A DNA stretch of 62,966 nucleotides, the filler included, from Octopus bimaculoides (taxonomy: Eukaryota), in NCBI RefSeq assembly GCF_001194135.2. It is 3 parts of 3 records of this genome, joined end to end, with 100 filler letters (N's around TTAATTAATTAA, not from the genome) between each part and the next. Parts side by side here need not be neighbours in the genome. Positions count along the whole stretch, not along the records: positions 50,943 to 62,966 come from NC_068996.1; 2 more parts are not named here. One strand, written 5' to 3'. Shown piece after piece: positions 62,290 through 62,966 of this stretch (position 1 is the stretch's first letter; each line of letters begins with the position of its first letter). The position numbers and the translations under genes were made by a program. The notes beneath the pieces were generated by a model. That model did not search any database. It saw only the letters and a program-made list of their open reading frames with translations, and was not told the origin of the DNA.

Positions 62290-62966
62290 AGGTTGGGTTT
62301 TTTTTACTACTATCAAAATGTTGAGGAATTAAACCCTAGGTATATAGGTCAAACAGGGCTTTTTCTTTAGTCTGAATAGAGCATCAGTATTGTTTTACAG
62401 ACATCAATATTAGTTAAAACAATATTTTAACAATATTTTAACAATAAGAGGTATGTTAATAACAATAAAATGAAATGTCCTCGTTAAGAGATTTAACACT
62501 GAAATGTAGTTAGTTTATACAAAAATAATAATCTAGCAAATACCAATAATGATACTACTAATGATTATATAAATAGAAGTGAAAATAACAGTGACAATGG
62601 AAATTATGAGGATAATAATATGCTTAGTCCTACCAACCATAATTTTGACCAACAAATAGAATGCAGCAGTATTGATGTTGAGAGTTTAACTGAAGTTGAT
62701 GATAGGCTCAACTCCAATGAAAATAATAGGAATCAGGGACCTAGTTCATATAATATCAATATGCCTAATGTTGGAGGAATAATTCTAACTGACAGCATCA
62801 GGAAACGGGTTAAATAATGATGGAAATGATCAAAATATACCTAATAGTAGAATTGAGGAATTGATAAATAATATTAGTGTAAATAATTGTAATAATAATA
62901 ATAGAGATATTAGAAATAATATAGGTGGGGTTGATAGCACCACCATGTGCAACTGTAGAAAAAAGT
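62290..62966 (+). mobile_element. Probable decayed PLE linker with Asn-rich expansion, running off the window at CNCRKK
   Basis: Asn-rich frames (NNNLANTNNDTTNDY...; NNISVNNCNNNNRD...) end in TMCNCRKK, resembling the CNCR...CPL motif that precedes some PLE endonucleases. Confidence 0.35.

Overview
AT-rich, intron- and repeat-dominated animal genomic DNA, most likely a coleoid cephalopod such as Octopus. That assignment is an inference from the dense (TA)n/(CA)n microsatellites, the tRNA-headed SINEs and the RTE-tail repeats. It is not prokaryotic; I found no CRISPR array or rRNA. The one well-supported host gene is a minus-strand Ig-superfamily cell-adhesion or receptor gene with four clean phase-1 GT-AG exons: Ig (17873-18169), Cys-less Ig (17029-17358), FN3 (15849-16154) and TM (14963-15109). 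Its signal-peptide and N-terminal exons and most cytoplasmic exons were not securely located. The rest is mostly transposon debris: RTE and CR1-like LINEs, SINEs, Helitron, hAT, piggyBac and mariner pieces, foldback elements, and a cluster of Penelope-like elements (PLEs) at 52.8-63 kb. The most notable observations are: (1) a near-complete PLE with an inverted ~850-bp pseudo-LTR, both copies carrying a minimal type-I hammerhead-like motif with a non-canonical core; (2) a separate short hammerhead-like repeat family, one copy inserted with a 12-bp target-site duplication whose empty site is also in the window; (3) a ~3.5-kb decayed intronless ORF upstream of the Ig exons, weakly sacsin-like; (4) a phase-compatible chain of plus-strand micro-exon candidates including a 3-nt exon; (5) several long inverted repeats that could form dsRNA. 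Two TTAATTAATTAA strings inside N-runs look like assembly linkers. All family assignments come from my recognition of motifs, not from database searches.
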